This document shows, in pieces, positions 53,601 to 64,000 of a stretch of 64,000 nt of DNA. The notes below the pieces were generated by a model. It had not been told where the DNA came from. It saw only the letters and a list, made by a program, of their open reading frames with translations, and made no database searches. The stretch is from Octopus vulgaris (taxonomy: Eukaryota): positions 45,570,001 to 45,634,000 of the forward strand of contig OX597830.1 of the NCBI GenBank assembly GCA_951406725.2. The letters are read 5' to 3'. The stretch's first letter is position 1; the number at the start of each line of letters is the position of its first letter. The position numbers and the translations under genes are program-made.

Positions 53601-54231
53601 AGCTGGATGCCCTTCCTAACGCCAACCACTCCGAGAGTGTAGTGGGTGATTTTATGTGCCACCGACACAGGTGCCAGACGAGGCTGGCGAACGGCCAGGG
53701 GCTGGCATTATCTGAAAAAAGATGGGATGGCCATGGGTGGACCCTCTTTGATCATAAGGTCTGTTAGTTCAAGGCTGATCCACTGTTAAATACCAAATTC
53801 TGAAGTGATCTTCTCTAGTCTCAGATAAGAAAATAAAATCAAATGGCGGTGCCCCAGCATGGCCACAGCTCATGAGCTGAAACTAGAATCAATCAATCAA
53901 TCAATGTGATGGCAACAACATAGAGAAACTGTTATAAATATTTACCTTAGGCAGATCGAGGAAGAGATGTCGAGAAGATTTGACAATGGGTGTGTTTGAG
54001 CAGGTTTTACAACGAGGTTTCACTAAATCGATGGCGTTGATTAGTTTACCACATTTGTCACACTGATCTCCCCTGGCATCATCAAAGCCACACAGGGGAC
54101 AGATCCCTTCAACAAACCTGTCAGCAAGAAACCTGGAAAACAAAATCAAAACGGATTGCTTCCCTGTTGGAATGTCTTGAAAAGATTTAATTTTATTTGT
54201 CATTCGAGACAGACGCAATATTTAGTGGATT

Positions 54232-54273
<42 letters not shown>

Positions 54274-56550
54274 TGTGTACAGTGCTCAGGTGCACTACAA
54301 CTCATCTAAAGTGTATATATAATCAGGTGTAGGTTTGGCGGATTTACTGGAGACAATGGCAATGGTCTGTTATTGTGTAAAAGAAATGACTATCATTGCA
54401 TGGAAAAAATTCCTCTCACGGAATTGTCTGACGAAGTGGATCTCCAGACAACACCCAGTTTGTTTAGGGTAGACCATGCTTTGGCTGTCAAACTTTTTAC
54501 AAGTTGAGGCTATCAGAGAACCAAGGTGTATAAAATCATTCGACTTGAATGATGGGGTTTCTGGTGATGTTGGTGATGGATCTTTTGTGATTATGAACAA
54601 TGAGTTTGGTTTTATTAGGATTAACAAAGAGTACAACATTTTGTGCATTTAATTGGAATATGAATTAATTGGATGGAGCTTGACATTGTGTCAGAGAGCA
54701 AGTCTAAATCATCAGCATAATCTACATTCTTGCAAAAGTAGAATCAGTCCTTTTAGATGGAGCAACAACCTGGATGCTTACCACAAAATTGGAATCCAAG
54801 CTAGATGGTACTTACACCCAAATGTTAAGAGCAGTCTTAAACATATCTTGGAAAAATCATCCCACCAAGAAGTAGCTGTATAGAGTTCTCCTGCCTCTTT
54901 GCACCATTATAAGGGAAAGGAGCTTGCACTTTGCAGAGCGCTGCTGGCAAGTGACCTACTGCTATGGATGCCAAAGCATGGCCATATGCAAGCAGGTCGT
55001 CTGAACACCACGAATGTAGATCAACTCATCAGAGACATTGGATGCCTCCCCAAAGACTTCCCTCAGCTGATGCAGGACTGAGGGAGATGGCGTGTGCAGG
55101 TCAAAAGTGTCTGAGCAAGCTCAACCAGATGTTGATGGTGATGCATTATGTATGGGAAATTGTTAAAAAAGTCTGTGTGCGTTGTTATGTAACATTTACC
55201 TAGAAAGAGTAATGTACATTTTGTTATGGACTGAGTCATTGTGACCAAACTGGTGTGTATGCGACATTGTAACATATTGCATGTGTTGTTAGATGTGTGA
55301 TTGTGACAAAAACGGCAGAGGACATGATTTGTGACATATAGATAGTTCGTGTTGTTAATACAACATTTGGGGATTAATCCAAGACAACATTGCTGATTAT
55401 CTAATTAATTGTTAATTGATTGGTCTTCACTGGGTGTATCAATCACTCAATGTCCATCCGTGTGGCCGTGAAAACGAGATTTCTTCAAATGATTCTGTTT
55501 TAAATTTCATCAACAACTGAAATCTACAAAATGCATTGAAATACATTTTGGAAAACGTTTTTAAAAAAAAATATATATATATATAACGTCTACAACAAAT
55601 ACAAAGTAAAGTAACAACCAACCGATCACATTTTTCACATTTCAATTGGTCAACAGTATCTTCAGAGATATAACCTTTCTTATGTAACTTCCAAAATATG
55701 TCCTGAGCAATCCTAAAGAGAAATACAATAATTAAAATTCCAAATACTAATTAATAGCTGCAAATAAATACACACACACACACATACTGAAAAGATACAA
55801 TGAAAAACTAGCAATGAAAAATATAAAAGTAAAATGCACAGAGATTTTATGTTGGACAAAATATATATATATTTATGAAATAAAATATTTACATAGTCAA
55901 CAAGTTTCGCTTATGCTAATCATGACAAAGAAATTAGAAATAATATTCAGATTTCATTCAATGTTAGTAGGAGGACGGATATTTTGTGTGTGCCTGTGTG
56001 AATATACATATATATATATATCATCATCATCATCATCGTTTAACATCCGCTTTCCATGCTAGCATGGGTTGGTCAGTTTGATTGTGGGCTGGAGAACTAG
56101 ATGGTTTCACCAGGCTCCAATCTTGATCTGGCAGAGTTTCTACAGCTGGATGCCCTTCCTAACGCCAACCACTCCAAGAGTGTAGTGGGTGCTTTTATGT
56201 GCCACCGGCATGGGGGCCAGTTAAGCGGTACTGGCAACGACCTCACTCGAATATTTTACACATACCACTGGCACAGGTGCCAGTAAGGCGATGCTGGTAA
56301 CAATCTCGCTCGAATGGTGCCTCCTACATGCCACCGGCATGGAAGCTGCTCTGTCAACGATCACGCTTGGATGGTGCTCTTAGCACCCTACTAGCACGGG
56401 GCACAAGTGCCAGTAAAGCGAAGCTGGCAACGATCACACTCGAATGGTGCCTTTTATGTGCCACAGGCACGGAAGCCAGTTAGCCGCTCTGTCAACGGTC
56501 ACGGTCGTATGGTACTCATGCCCGTCATCATATTTAACTTTGATTTAGAT

Positions 56551-56594
<44 letters not shown>

Positions 56595-59500
56595 CATACA
56601 TGTGTGTGTGTGTAAAACAATTTTAAATATATATGTGCATCATATGAACATAAACAAGGATTAAAGAAAATCCAAGCCAAGATGTTCCACCAATAGATGG
56701 AGCAAAAACTTGTTGACCTACCAATGTGCTTAGTCATCCAAAAGGCTGACTGAACAAAACCTTCGTTTCACTATCTTTAATCCTTATTTTCCATATTTGG
56801 CGTATAAAAAAAGATATCCAACAGCAAAGCCAAGGGTGTATTTTTGTGCAGGGTGATTAGAAAGCTCCCTTTGCAACTACATGGTCTCAGGTTCAGTTCC
56901 ACTGCACAACACCTGGGGCAAGTGCTATCTACTCTGTAGCCCCAAACCAACAAATGCCTTCTGAATGAATCTGCCAAATGGAAACTGTGTGGAAGCCTGT
57001 GTACATGTTTCTCCAGCCCACCCACTGCTTGACAACTGGTGTTGCTTTCTTTACATCCTCATAACTTCGCAGTTTAGCAGAAGAGACTGATAGAATAAGC
57101 ACTGGGATTAATTTGTTTGAGAAAATCTTTCATGGTGGTGCCCCAGCATGGGCGTAGTCCAACCACTGAGACAAGAATATATAAAAAAAATAAACAAAAT
57201 TAGTATACATATTAAAAAAAAAATCAAAACCTACTCAGTTTGTAATTTGGTTGTTGTGCGACCAAAATAATCAAATGAAATATGAAACCATTTATAAATT
57301 TCTTCATGGATTACATTGTATTTATCACAAATCTGCTGTGGTGTGAGTCCTTCCTCCATAGCTTTTGTTTCCGTTGCTGTGCCATATTCATCTGTTCCAC
57401 AGATATAAAGACAGTTATAGCCACGCAACTGAGAATACCTTGAAAGAAAATATAAAACCAAATTTATTAATCCAAGCCTCACAAGTTTTACAAAACCTTA
57501 AAGTTTTCTCATTCCTCTTCAAACATTTTATACTACAGCTTTGATTAATTAAAACTAATTTCAAATTATTTGCAACACACAGAACTCTTGTAATCACAAG
57601 TAAAAACATACACAGGGACACACATATACACATATTCGTACAGTCACACACACACACACACACTCATATCTTTCAAAAATCAAACAAACATCAAAGGCAA
57701 ATTTTATTTGACTTAGGAAATATACACAGGTATGAAGCTATTAAAGATTACCTTGAGAAAATGTCTGCACTGAGAGTTGATCCAATAATATTGCCCAGGT
57801 GAGGGACATTATTCACGTATGGCAATGCACTTGTAATAAGAATGTTGCGGGCACCAGGTACAGGTAAACTATAAGAATATCACTCAATTAGGGATTGGAT
57901 TTTATAAATTTAAAATTGTTACAATAAATTTTTTTTTAATTATTAAAACAGAGACGACAATGAGTTAATGATTCTCATATCAAAACAATAATTCAAGTGA
58001 CAACATGGAATTTTTCAGGGTTTGAAATTTTAGTTTAAAATGCATAAATAATCGAATATATATGGAAAGGTTAGAATGTAGATCAATGATTCAAAGACTG
58101 GATCTTCAAAATAACTAATCTAAAGAATGTTTGAAAATTTGTTTTATTACAAACTAATATTATTTTATTCTTTAATATTTACAGCAAATGGAAAGAATGT
58201 CATCATTATCTTCATTTAGCATCTGCTTTCCATGGTGGCATGGGCTGGATGGTTTGAGTGAAACTGGTAAGCTGAAGAACTGCACCAGGTTCCAATCTGA
58301 TTTGGAATGGCTTCTACGGCTGGATGCCCTTCCTGACACCAACCACTCCAAGAATGTAGTGGTGCTTTCTAGTATATAATCATTTAAAAGAGATATTTAA
58401 ACTTGTTTAGGATAAATATAAGTATTTTTGTGGCTGATACACAACAGCCATTCATCATCATCATAGTTTAACGTCCGTTTTCCGTGCTAACATGGGTTGG
58501 ACAGTTCAACCGGGGTCTGGGAAGCCAGGAGGCTGCACCAGGCTCCAGTCTGATCTGGCAGTGTTTCTACAGCTTGATGCCCTTCCTAAAGCCAACCACT
58601 CCGAGAGTGTAGTGGGTGCTTTTTACGTGCCACCGGCACAGGTGCCAGGGGTGGCTGGCAGCAGCCACAATCGGTTGGTGCTTTTTATGTGCCACCGGCA
58701 CAGAAGCCAGTCGAGGCGGCGCTGGCATCGGCCACATTCGGATGGTGCTTTTTATGTGCCACCGGCACAGAAGCCAGTCGAGGTGGCGCTGGCATCAGCC
58801 ACATTCGGATGATGCTTTTTATGTGCCACCAGCACAGGTATCACAACTACAATTTGGTATCACTATTATTATTTAGATCTTTTCAAGAATAATAAATGAC
58901 ATCAAGTAAATTGAAGGAATCATTCTTTAAAGAATCAACTTCCTTCTGCTATGTAAAGATATCCTCAAAGATGATATTCGTATGAACAAAACTATTCTAT
59001 TAACCTTATCAAAATGTAACACAGATTCATCCAAACTACTCAGGCTTCAGAGAATGTATCACCTTTGTTATACAGTTCACAACTAGTAAAGTGTATGGGG
59101 TTAATGCAGCTGGCAATTTCAATATTAACAAAAATGCTTCAGCACTCAAGATCTACATGATATATTCACAGAGATGGGGAAAACAAAAACAATCCTTACA
59201 TGGGATGTTCTCTTTTAACTGCATTTGTTGTAAGTGGAAGTTTCCATGCAGCAACAGATTTGGAAATTTCATTGCTGTTCACTAATACATCATTGGCTGC
59301 TTCCTGAAAATAATTAAGTTTTGATGGAAAAATTTAGGCAAGAAAGCAATGTTATAAGGAAAGCAATAATAAATATGTAGAACATATTGGAATACCTGGC
59401 TGAAACAGAACCAGCCAGTTGCCTGCATATTGTCGTCATCTTAGTAATTTGTACATGGAATCAGGCATCATTACTCATATGGCTCCTTAGATCATTCACC

Positions 59501-62500
59501 AACTCTGGGATTGCACTACCTCTGGTCCTGTGGATTCTAACTGCAATCTGTTTGTGAACTGATAGCAGGGTGCTTGAAATTTTGCAACATTGTACGGCAT
59601 ATTGTTTTCTTCAGCCCACTTGTATCCAGCATTCAAATCATTCAGTAGTTTTGAATTATCATTAGGGTCCTATCACCAGAGCTGGTAGGAGTGGCTGAGT
59701 GAGAGCAGGTCTAAGAGAGCCAACACAAAACAGTAGTGGTCCCAGTATAGTTCACTGAGCAACTCTGCTTAAGATTGACGCCTCCTCAAAGAGACCACCA
59801 TCGGCTGTGACTGCCTGATGCCCATCATTCAAAAAGTCATGCAGCTATTCCCCTGGTTTACCAATGACACCAAGGTCATGCAGTTTGCGACACATCATTC
59901 TGTGATCAACTTTGTCAAATGCCTTGGCAAAGTCTATTATATTTCGCAACTACATTTGAGTGGTTGAGCTGTTGTTTCGGTACCAAGTCATAATGTTGTA
60001 GAAGCTGTGTAAGGCAACTCCCGCCTGAATGGAAGCCATGCTGTGTGTTAGTTAAGCATTTTCTTCTAGGAACATGATCAGCCCCTTTCTGACGATCTGC
60101 TCCATGATTTCACTGACATATACAGTCGGAGGGACAGGCCTGTAATGTTTAGCTTTGTTTGGCTTCCTTCTTTATGAACTGAGCATATTATAACTTCTGA
60201 CTTTCTGAGAAGCTTGTCACATATAAAGGAAGCTCTGGAAAAGTAGATGCAGTGGTTTCACCAGAGATTTCTTGCATGTTTAGGAGACATTGGAAAATTA
60301 TCAAGGTCTGTTGCACTTGCTTTTAATGTTTCTGAAAAGAAAGAGGCTTGAAGAAGCCATTATGAAAGACTGCTGAATATGGAGAATGAATAGGAGGAGA
60401 AGAGCCTGCCAAATGTTGACCCAGTAGAGGGACCAGCTATCTGAATAGACAGCTCCCTGGTAGATAAAGCAATTAAGGGTATGAAGCCAGGAAAAGCCCT
60501 TGGCCCATCAGTAATCACTGCTAAGATGCTTAAAACATCTGGTGGTGTGGGCTATGGCATAGTCACCCGCACTGTAAACCAGGTAGTTCATGATGGAGTC
60601 ATACCCAATGACTGGCATACCAGCACCATAGTCAACTGCTACAAGGGTAAAGGTGATGCTCTAGATAGAAATAATTACAGGGGCATCAAACTGGTGATGA
60701 AGGTTACAGAAAGGATCATAGCTCATCTCATTAGGGAGAGAGTCTGCTTAGATGAGATGCAGTTCAGTTTTGTGCCAAGTAGAAACACTACTGAAGCGGC
60801 AACTGCATGAGTAATACCTAGCTAAATATAATCCCCTTTACTTAGTTTTTGTGGACTTGGAGAAAGCCTTTGAGAGGGTCCTCTGATCCCTTATCTGGTG
60901 GGTGATGTGGAAACTAGGAATTGATGAATGGTTATTAAGGGCTGTACAGGCCCTATACAAAGAGGCCGTTAGTAAGGTTAGGATTGGTAATGAGTATAGT
61001 GAAGAATTCCGGGTAGAAGTAGGAGTCCACCAAGGATCAGCCCTCAGTCCACTTTTATTTATCATTGTCCTCCAGGTAATAACAGAGGAATTCAAGACAG
61101 GTTGCCCCTGGGAGCTCCTCTATGCTGATGACCTGGTCCTCATAGCAGAATCACTACCCGAACTAAAGAAGAAATTTTAGATGTGGAAGCAAGGTTTAGA
61201 ATCAAAAGGCCTAAGGGTCAATGTAGCAAAGACCACAGTTCTAGTAAGTAGGAAGGCAAACACATCATACACCCCCTTGGGTAGGCAGCCCTGCTCAATC
61301 TGTAGAAAAGGTATAGATAGAAACTCCATAAGATGTTCCCACTGGTGCAGCAACATCAAAGTAAGATTAACCAGGGAGATAGCTTTCGTGTGCAGCAGAT
61401 GCACAGGGGCAATAAACACCACAGATGCTCAGAAAACAGATTTTGTCACACTGCAGGGGGAGAAACTAGAAGTAGTTGATAGCTTCACCTACCTAGGTGA
61501 CCAAGTTAGTAGTGGGGGTGGATGCTCAGAGAGTGTCACCACTAGAATACGAATAGCCTGGGCAAAGTTTAGAAAGCTTCTACCCCTACTGGCGACAAAG
61601 AGTCTCTCGCTCAGAGTGAAAGGTAGACTGTACGACGCATATGTGCAAACTACCATGCTTCACAGCAGTGAAACATGGGCCATGACTGCAGAAGACACGC
61701 GTAAAATGTAAAATGCAGCTGGGGTTGCAGGGAACTGTACCAGGTAGCCGGGGGGAGGGGCTGGATGTAAAATGTCAGTGTGTACACACAACAAAGTGTA
61801 AGCACCCTGAGAGAAATGCTGGACATAAGGAGCATTGGATGTGGCATGCAAGAGAGATGTACTAGGGATGGATGAGGAGAGATGTGTGAAGAAGTGCCAC
61901 ACCCAAACAGTTGAAGATATCTGTGGTAGAGGTAGACCCAGGAAGACATGGGATGAGGTAGTCAAGTATGACCTCTGAACATTGGGCCTCACAGAGGTAA
62001 TGTCGAAAGACCGAGACCTCTGGAGATATGCTATGACTGCAAAGACTCAGCAAATAAAGTGAGTTCACAGCTGTATCCTACATCAGCCCCAGCCCATTCA
62101 AAAGTACCTTGGGTCATAGGGCAAACTGCTGTGCTTGAAAAGACCTACAGAGTCAAGTACATCAACATCAAAATGAAAATCAAAAGGAAATAGTAGTTGT
62201 GATACCCATGCCAGTGGCACGTAAAATGTACCATCCAAACATGGCCAATGCCAGCACTGCCTTGACTGGCTTCCGTGCCAGTGGCACGTAAAAAGCACCA
62301 ACTGATTGTGGCTGTTGCTAGTCTCTTCTGTCTCCTGTGCCGGTGGCACATATAAAGCACCCACTACACTCACGGAGTGGTTGGCGTTAGGAAGGGCATC
62401 AAGCTGTAGAAACTCTGCCAGATCAGACTGGAGCCTGGTGCAGCTTCCTGGCTTCTCAGACTCCAATTGAACCATCCAACCCATGGTAGCATGGAAAACA

Positions 62501-62702
62501 GACGTTAAACAATGATGATGATGATGATATATATATATATATATTTCTACAAAATTCTCACCTGGTTTTCAGGTTGCTTTGCTGGCTTCAATGGTAACTT
62601 GGATGTCAGAGATTTAGGCTTTTGGTCGCCTTGATGCTTTGATTCACTCTTACTTTCCCATGTAGCTTTTGAGGATTTCTGATTACTTTTACAAACAGAT
62701 TC
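32521..62702 (-). CDS. MARS1: Methionyl-tRNA synthetase, cytoplasmic (5'-partial, 17 coding exons in window)
   Basis: Exons join(62562-62702,59200-59303,57752-57868,57235-57438,55623-55712,53946-54132,52898-53068,50178-50273,48851-48968,45455-45588,42910-42989,42554-42685,40563-40667,36079-36262,35592-35690,34612-34686,32521-32676) give 2193 nt, phase-consistent, all GT-AG, ending in TGA. Motifs: [62 protein letters not shown] domain. The N-terminal exons are outside the window. Confidence 0.97.
33108..33322 (-). mobile_element. SINE family C nested in a family D SINE (~32975-33500)
   Basis: Reverse complement of 37787-38014. Confidence 0.8.
33650..33997 (-). mobile_element. RTE 3'-end element (family B) with (GAT)n tail and about three ~63-bp units
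   Basis: Matches the 3' UTR of the RTE at 60340-62528. Confidence 0.85.
34415..34567 (+). mobile_element. Old interspersed repeat family E with (CAA)n tail (also ~18910-19070(-), 44925-45102, 45730-45890, 50655-50830)
   Basis: Shared aaatagcagccaaat...ggaatg..tttgatca...ggctaaacaacaac pattern. Confidence 0.65.
34612..34686 (-). CDS. MARS1: MARS1 exon ([25 protein letters not shown])
   Basis: Start of the WHEP helix; ag/gtaatc; phase 0-0. Confidence 0.9.
35592..35690 (-). CDS. MARS1: MARS1 exon ([33 protein letters not shown])
   Basis: PLFQKLE motif; ag/gttagt. Confidence 0.93.
36079..36262 (-). CDS. MARS1: MARS1 exon ([36 protein letters not shown]...GHKIGK)
   Basis: Within ORF 36052..36306; PFMP motif; ag/gtaggt. 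Confidence 0.96.
36405..37190 (-). mobile_element. Two family B RTE 3'-end copies
   Basis: catcatttaac..ccatg..tgggttggac motif at ~36405 and ~36702. Confidence 0.75.
37190..38270 (+). mobile_element. RTE LINE RT fragment interrupted by SINE C
   Basis: [11 protein letters not shown]; homologous to 61080-61950. Confidence 0.8.
37787..38014 (+). mobile_element. tRNA-derived SINE family C (full length)
   Basis: ggcgagctggcagaa..gagttcaaattcc head, central gcctttcatcctttcggggtcgataaattaagtaccag, tail aataaagaaata; copies at 33108(-), 41947(+), 48225-48610(-). Confidence 0.85.
38829..39175 (+). mobile_element. tRNA-derived SINE family D
   Basis: Box A TGGCCCAGTGG, box B GGTTTCGATTCC; relatives at 32975, 39720(-), 42190. 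Confidence 0.8.
39556..40195 (+). mobile_element. SINE family A split by an inverted family D-like SINE (~39720-39935)
   Basis: 5' half 39556-39700, 3' half 39940-40195. Confidence 0.75.
40563..40667 (-). CDS. MARS1: MARS1 exon ([34 protein letters not shown])
   Basis: GNQY...PW anticodon-binding motif; ag/gtaagt. Confidence 0.95.
41765..41945 (+). mobile_element. Family B RTE 3'-end copy (plus strand)
   Basis: aaaagcacccactacac...ggacgttaaacgatgatg. Confidence 0.88.
42554..42685 (-). CDS. MARS1: MARS1 exon ([43 protein letters not shown])
   Basis: Phase-consistent; ag/gtaagt. Confidence 0.93.
42910..42989 (-). CDS. MARS1: MARS1 exon ([26 protein letters not shown])
   Basis: NNxGNFINR helix of the anticodon-binding domain; ag/gtaaat. 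Confidence 0.96.
43400..43950 (-). mobile_element. Family B RTE 3'-end copy with about six tandem units
   Basis: Alternating-loop units; closely similar to 56020-56548. Confidence 0.88.
45455..45588 (-). CDS. MARS1: MARS1 exon with KMSKS-type motif ([44 protein letters not shown])
   Basis: KFSKS motif; ag/gtgagt. Confidence 0.97.
46205..47690 (-). mobile_element. RTE LINE 3' portion (RT to 3' UTR)
   Basis: [38 protein letters not shown]; family B tail. Confidence 0.85.
47695..48225 (+). mobile_element. Second copy of the ~560 bp (AAT)n-tailed element
   Basis: Reverse complement of 4660-5215. Confidence 0.78.
48851..48968 (-). CDS. MARS1: MARS1 exon ([39 protein letters not shown])
   Basis: GKDNVPFH motif; ag/gtgagt. 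Confidence 0.97.
49340..50145 (+). mobile_element. RTE RT fragment plus family B 3' end
   Basis: [30 protein letters not shown]; (GAT)n tail ~30 nt from a MARS1 donor site. Confidence 0.82.
50178..50273 (-). CDS. MARS1: MARS1 exon ([32 protein letters not shown])
   Basis: YVWFDA motif; ag/gtgggt. Confidence 0.97.
51402..52425 (+). mobile_element. Tc1 (DD34E) transposon fossil, 3'-truncated
   Basis: TA|caggggttggacaaaataatgg TIR; [32 protein letters not shown]. Confidence 0.9.
52898..53068 (-). CDS. MARS1: MARS1 exon ([57 protein letters not shown])
   Basis: Conserved RDLKWG motif; ag/gtaagt. Confidence 0.97.
53503..53700 (-). mobile_element. Family B RTE 3'-end copy
   Basis: Same tail motif. 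Confidence 0.85.
53946..54132 (-). CDS. MARS1: MARS1 exon, Zn knuckle ([44 protein letters not shown]...LFLDLPK)
   Basis: Within ORF 53901..54218; ag/gtaaat. Confidence 0.97.
54345..55130 (+). mobile_element. Degraded RTE-like LINE 3' fragment
   Basis: [25 protein letters not shown]-terminal motif. Confidence 0.6.
55623..55712 (-). CDS. MARS1: MARS1 exon ([29 protein letters not shown])
   Basis: First CxxC of the knuckle; ag/gttggt. Confidence 0.94.
56020..56548 (-). mobile_element. Family B RTE 3'-end copy with about six tandem units
   Basis: As 43400-43950. Confidence 0.88.
56851..57180 (+). mobile_element. Diverged SINE family A copy
   Basis: ggttcagttccactgc...ggtggtgccccagcatgg. Confidence 0.7.
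57235..57438 (-). CDS. MARS1: MARS1 exon ([40 protein letters not shown]...[10 protein letters not shown])
   Basis: Within ORF 57231..57482; ag/gtagg. Confidence 0.97.
57752..57868 (-). CDS. MARS1: MARS1 exon with HIGH-type motif ([38 protein letters not shown])
   Basis: Class I aaRS HLGN motif; ag/gtaat. Confidence 0.97.
58198..58860 (-). mobile_element. Two family B copies (58198-58370; 58450-58860 with about four units)
   Basis: Tail motif and tandem units. Confidence 0.85.
59200..59303 (-). CDS. MARS1: MARS1 exon ([34 protein letters not shown])
   Basis: tttcag/gtaagg, phase 0-2; resembles the ..AW..PV segment before the catalytic domain of metazoan MetRS. Confidence 0.88.
59400..60320 (-). 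mobile_element. CR1/L2-like LINE RT fragment
   Basis: [34 protein letters not shown] remnants. Confidence 0.75.
60340..62528 (+). mobile_element. RTE-clade LINE, 5'-truncated, RT plus 3' UTR ending in (GAT)n
   Basis: [60 protein letters not shown]; continues into the family B 3' UTR. Confidence 0.92.
62562..62702 (-). CDS. MARS1: MARS1 exon, low-complexity K/S-rich linker ([18 protein letters not shown]...PAKQPENQ)
   Basis: ttgcag acceptor, gtgag donor, 141 nt open in phase 0 and compatible with the next exon. No conserved motif, so less certain. Confidence 0.72.
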
Positions 62703-63149
62703 CTGCAATTATAGACAAAAATACGGCAAATATTGACTGTAAACTTCAGTTTTTACATAGTCTAAAGGCCAAACATTTAGTTTTTATACAGGGAAACTAA
62801 TGTTTGTCAGCATGGCTTAGGGTATGATGTGGTCCGGAAGTTATTGTTTGAAGCGATCAATGCAGAAACAATCTTACGCAAAATGTAAACAAACACAAAA
62901 TGGGGGTTCAAATTTCAGAAAATTTGTGAAGCAAATACTGGGTAATGCGTGGATTTAGTTTTTATACAGGGAAAATAATGTTAGTCAGCATGGCCTAGGG
63001 AACGATGTGGTCTGGAATTTATCACTTCCATACCATAACCAGGGCCGTATATTATTTTTTGACCGATTTCTTTAGTTCGGTCAAACTTACGGTGGATTCA
63101 AGTATTTCACTTTATTCCACCTTTATGGTACACCTGTTGTGCATTAAAT

Positions 63150-63513
63150 TCAACTGATGATATAGTGATGTGCACAATTCTTCTTTATCAAAATTTTGTT
63201 GCATACCCATTTGAATATTAGCTGATGATTCATTTTCTATGGTGATGTTTAAACAAAATTTTAATATTTTTACCTTTTGCTCAATTTACCTGGATTTACC
63301 TGTAATTAAAGTCACTTTGAGACAAAAGTTATGCAATAGAATTGATTAAGAACCCTTTCTTTAATTATGTTCCAAATATCACATTAATATGTTGATAAGT
63401 AAAAAAGTTACAGTTATTTAATGAAACAAGCCTAGATTCATGATTATTTTAGAATTTAATTGAAACTCATGAGGGGTGTATTTTGGTCAGAAAAATAGTA
63501 ACGAAAGGGTTAA
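63150..63513. mobile_element. Possible piggyBac-type element end
   Basis: Ends ...gaaaggg|TTAA; left boundary unknown. Confidence 0.4.
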
Positions 63514-63700
63514 TATTCAACGAGTGTTACAAGAATGCTAAGCTGGTAAAGAGTTTGTTTTAGTTTTTTTGTTGATTCAATTATAAAGTCAGAAGGAGAC
63601 AAAATATTCTTAATGAATATTAGAACAACTTTTCCCATGCTGGCACTCTAGTTTGTATATTTTCTAAGGGCTGATACCAAATAAAGACACAATTTATCTC

Positions 63701-64000
63701 TCTCTATATATATAAAAGGCAGTTTGTCTGTCTGTGTGTCTGTCAGGTTGTACCCTCACCCTGACCACGGCTTTCAACCGATTCTGATGAAACTTGACAC
63801 ACACATAGCCCAATGTCATAATTCAAAACTATCGCAGTGAAAATTTTGAAAAGTTCCCCCAGTTTTGAAAAAAATCGATAAATTCAACATGGGGTCGAGA
63901 ATCTAAGCTTATCATATGCAACACATTTTCTGTTGTAGTTTTCGCAACTTGCAATCGATTTTCACCAAGCTCATGGTGAAGCTTAATGTTACCCTAAGGA
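63701..64000 (+). mobile_element. Helitron-like element 5' end (runs off window)
   Basis: TCtctatatatataaaa..gtctgtctgtgtgtctgtc start, like the other Helitron copies. Confidence 0.6.

Noticed and set aside
63784-63800. CTGATGA hammerhead core
   Set aside because: No stem II or downstream GAAA-stem III arrangement; part of a Helitron-like repeat. CTGATGA near 37240 and 61125 simply encodes the RT YADD/YADE motif.

Overview
Repeat-rich, AT-rich animal genomic DNA with many microsatellites. The SINE/LINE content looks like a cephalopod (Octopus-like) genome, which is an inference. The right half (32521-62702, minus strand) carries 17 spliced coding exons of cytoplasmic methionyl-tRNA synthetase (MARS1). 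I reassembled these by hand into one open frame of 2193 nt with GT-AG junctions, HLGN and KFSKS motifs, a CxxC knuckle and a C-terminal WHEP domain. The 5' exons lie beyond the window. The rest is mostly mobile-element debris: Dong/R4 LINEs sitting in (TAA)n, RTE and CR1/L2 LINE fragments, a Penelope-like GIY-YIG fragment, ORF1-only L1/Tx1-like elements, several SINE families, non-autonomous Helitrons, Tc1/mariner fossils and MITEs. Four signals stand out: (1) minimal hammerhead-ribozyme motifs, one with a U3-A8 compensated core; (2) variable-number arrays of a twin-hairpin unit with conserved stems and variable loops in an RTE 3' UTR; (3) an ORF1-only LINE derivative that shares its 3' tail with a SINE; (4) inverted repeat pairs bracketing MARS1 exons. 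There are no CRISPR arrays or prokaryotic systems. Repeat boundaries are approximate unless termini are quoted.
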